Source: Gemmatimonadaceae bacterium (GTDB lineage: Bacteria > Gemmatimonadota > Gemmatimonadetes > Gemmatimonadales > Gemmatimonadaceae). From it: a stretch of DNA of 64,000 nt. Under the pieces are notes generated by a model. It searched no databases. It was not told the DNA's origin and saw only the letters and a list, made by a program, of their open reading frames with translations. Location: assembly GCA_037721215.1 (NCBI GenBank), contig JBBJNV010000003.1, positions 55,646 to 119,645 on the forward strand. The letters are read 5' to 3'. Position numbers and translations under genes: made by a program. This document shows, piece by piece, positions 61,861 to 64,000 of the stretch (position 1 is its first letter; each line of letters starts with the position of its first letter).

Positions 61861-61875
61861 GCCCGATCCTCCGTC

Positions 61876-62472
61876 CTATCTCACGTTCAACAATACTCCT
61901 TGAGAGCGCACGCCTCGGCCAACGCCAACTGGCTCGGGTACCAAGTAACCGACCGCGCAATATTCACCGGGCGGTAACGGCCGCTTCATGTAATCCGTTC
62001 CTGGCCAGGTGTCCCCAAGCTCAATCGAATCGTGAGCCGGAAGGGAGAAGGCGCCTATTGTTAAGTCGCTCTCCTGACCGTGCAAACGCCTCCAGACGTC
62101 CACACCTTCAACCGTGGTGATTAGAAGATCGAAAGCGATGGTGACTCCAGTGTCGCCTCCCGCGGCGCTCAGCTGAATCCGTGCGCTTTCAGAGTTATCG
62201 TTGCGGACGACCAGCGAGAATCTGGTTGGGCTTCCACTCGCAATTGTACGACGGGGCGGCTTGAAGTACCACGATACTCCCGGTGGTAAGACCTGCCAGC
62301 CGACAGCGGACCGAGGATCGGGCTGAACCTGATCAACCCAACTTGTACATCGTTTGGGGGTTTCGTTGGGAGCAGCACCTGCGCCCTCTTCCCGGTCAGC
62401 TGAGGGAGAAGGGGGCGCAGAGCATGATACGATCCAGCACAGCAATACTACTAAAATACTCCTGAGGGCCAC
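61876..62472 (-). CDS. Lipoprotein with BsuPI-like domain
   Basis: Lipobox IVSC; FSLVVRN, FDLLI..DVWR, LPPGEY; domain call is tentative. Confidence 0.6.
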   Translation of the reverse strand: MALRSILVVLLCWIVSCSAPPSPSADREEGAGAAPNETPKRCTSWVDQVQPDPRSAVGWQVLPPGVSWYFKPPRRTIASGSPTRFSLVVRNDNSESARIQLSAAGGDTGVTIAFDLLITTVEGVDVWRRLHGQESDLTIGAFSLPAHDSIELGDTWPGTDYMKRPLPPGEYCAVGYLVPEPVGVGRGVRSQGVLLNVR

Positions 62473-62760
62473 GAAACGACGCTAATAGCGGTATGCAGGG
62501 ACGTAGCCGAGTTCAGCCCAGATACCGCTGCGGGCTGAAACTGAAATAGGTATTCGTGCCGCCGCGCACGATGCCATACAGCGACATACTCACCGTAGTG
62601 CCCGTCCACAGGAGTAATGTTCGGGCGCAGTGGGAAAGAATCATTGCAGCCTCGGGATTGGGTGGAACGAAGCTGCGAGGTCTATGCCACCCGCAATGTT
62701 TTGCGTCGTTTGACGAAGGGCGGGCCATAATCATCAATTCGCAATCAGCCGGCAGTCCAC

Positions 62761-62860
62761 CTGGGGACTACTGCAGACCACTTCTGACTATTGCGAACTA
62801 TTGCGGACTATTGCGGACTATTGCGACTATTGTGAACCTCTGCGGGACAATTGCGGACTC
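62761..62860. repeat. 10-bp tandem repeat TTGCGGACTA
   Basis: Two exact units at 62801 and 62811 plus several degenerate units. Confidence 0.8.
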
Positions 62861-62995
62861 TCCCTCCACCGTGTGCCAAGCAAGAGTCTACTTCGTTACC
62901 CTCGGCTGTTCTCCAGCAGTTTCCCGTGTCATGCGTAATCAGCAGGACCCTCCCTGCGTCCGTCAAAGCGCCACGATTTCTCCCATCCAATCTCC

Positions 62996-63532
62996 ATGAC
63001 CAGAACATCGTTTCTCGTTGCATCCCTGGCGTCATTCTCTGTATTGGCCGGATGTGCGCGTCCCAAGCCTCAGGCCCCGACTCCGGCCACCACTCCCCGA
63101 AGCACTTCGCCGCAGACATTACCTGGCGGCCCTGCCCCCGGCGGCGGCACTCCCGGGGACAGCAGCGCCCGCCCGGCGGCCAATGCGCCCCGGCCGTACG
63201 CGAGGGTCATCACGAAAGACGCGAAAACCCGCACCGGCATGTTCAAGACTCACCTTGTGGGTGAGAAGCTGTACTTTGAGATCCCCCGCAAGGAACTCAA
63301 CCGGGACATGCTGCTGGTTGGCAGATTCACACGCGCCACGCCAGCGCCAGGTGACTTCGAAGGGTACGGCGGAGACGAGTTCACCGAGCGTACCCTGAGA
63401 TGGGAGCGATCGGGCAATCGCGTAATTCTTCGCAGCACATCGTTCGGCATCATGGCGGACACCACTTTGGCGGTCACATTCACGGCACCGCATCGACACG
63501 ATCCTGTACCCGAACAAGTAGAAGCAGCGTAG
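62996..63532 (+). pseudogene. Internally deleted DUF5118/DUF5117 zinc-dependent metalloprotease lipoprotein
   Basis: Lipobox LAGC, PRPYARVIT, KLYFEIP, LRWER; similarity stops at DTTLAV; out-of-frame RHRIDTILYPNK* at 63483-63521 resembles the family C-terminus. Confidence 0.75.
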
Positions 63533-63543
63533 GAGGCGCGGGG

Positions 63544-64000
63544 ATGCGTCTGGATGAGCTGCCGACGCCCTGCCTGGTGCTTGACCGCATTGTCCTCGAA
63601 AAAAATCTCGAGGCAATGCGGGCTGTTGCGCAGCGCCACGGCGTGTCGCTTCGTCCGCACCTCAAGACGGCGAAATCGGTTAAAATCGCCCGCCTCGCTT
63701 TTGGCGATGAGACGGGGCCCATCACCGTTTCAACGCTGGCAGAAGCCGAATATTTCGGGGGTCAGGGGTTTGGCGATATAACGCTCGCGGCGGGGATTAC
63801 ACCTCAGAAGCTCGGCCGCGCAGCGGCACTCGTAGAGACCGGCGTGAGCCTCAGCGTCCTCACGGATGACGTCGCGGTGGCAAAATCCATTGGGTCCCAT
63901 ATATCGGGGCTGCGGGCGCTGATCGAGATCGACAGCGGTGAGGGCAGAGGGGGAGTGGCTGCTGATAGCGATGCGCTGCTTGAAATCGGACGTGCACTAG
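63544..64000 (+). CDS. PLP-dependent D-threonine aldolase/D-serine dehydratase-like protein (alanine racemase fold), 3'-truncated by window edge
   Basis: Absent from the ORF track; hand translation MRLDELPTPCLVLD..LRPHLKTAK..TVSTLAEAE..IEIDSGEGRGGV is open to the window end. Confidence 0.9.
   Translation, partial: MRLDELPTPCLVLDRIVLEKNLEAMRAVAQRHGVSLRPHLKTAKSVKIARLAFGDETGPITVSTLAEAEYFGGQGFGDITLAAGITPQKLGRAAALVETGVSLSVLTDDVAVAKSIGSHISGLRALIEIDSGEGRGGVAADSDALLEIGRAL

Noticed and set aside
61764-62120. 118-aa plus-strand ORF
   Set aside because: It spans the IS end and overlaps the lipoprotein gene antisense; the real orfA start is in another frame at 61813.
62513-62737. 74-aa minus-strand ORF
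   Set aside because: The last 30 residues look protein-like but no family or RBS is recognisable; possibly another relic, not supportable.
1-64000. tRNA, rRNA, prophage or integrase genes
   Set aside because: No such sequences were recognised on either strand by eye; a covariance-model scan would be needed to exclude small ncRNAs.

Overview
Gene-dense bacterial chromosomal DNA of roughly 60% GC (judged by eye). Gemmatimonadota origin is inferred from the gene families present (DUF5916, VPS10/BNR, DUF5118, many lipoprotein peptidases). About 57 coding genes are supported. They include a lipid-modification operon (PlsB-type acyltransferase, extended SDR, permuted papain-fold protein), a vapBC pair, cysK, a HipA-like kinase-DUF3037 pair, a CoA-dependent 2-aminobenzoate/salicylate degradation operon, an OPT transporter, prfC, several secreted peptidases, a SET-domain protein, a P450 and a VPS10-like protein. 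The most interesting locus is a TIGR03916-type radical SAM/HhH gene coupled to a DUF4130 protein fused to a DUF72 TIM-barrel domain, where the familiar fusion partner is uracil-DNA glycosylase; this is a candidate undescribed DNA repair or modification system. Other notable points are an L,D-transpeptidase with Ser in place of the catalytic Cys, two copies of a CACAGAT-type inverted-repeat element, and a dispersed GCGGACTA repeat family. Several gene relics are hidden under misleading ORF calls: a CusA/CzcA fragment, a duplicate of the neighbouring S9 peptidase, an IS3 left end and an internally deleted metalloprotease. No rRNA, tRNA or CRISPR array was seen. Family names come from motif recognition, not database searches.
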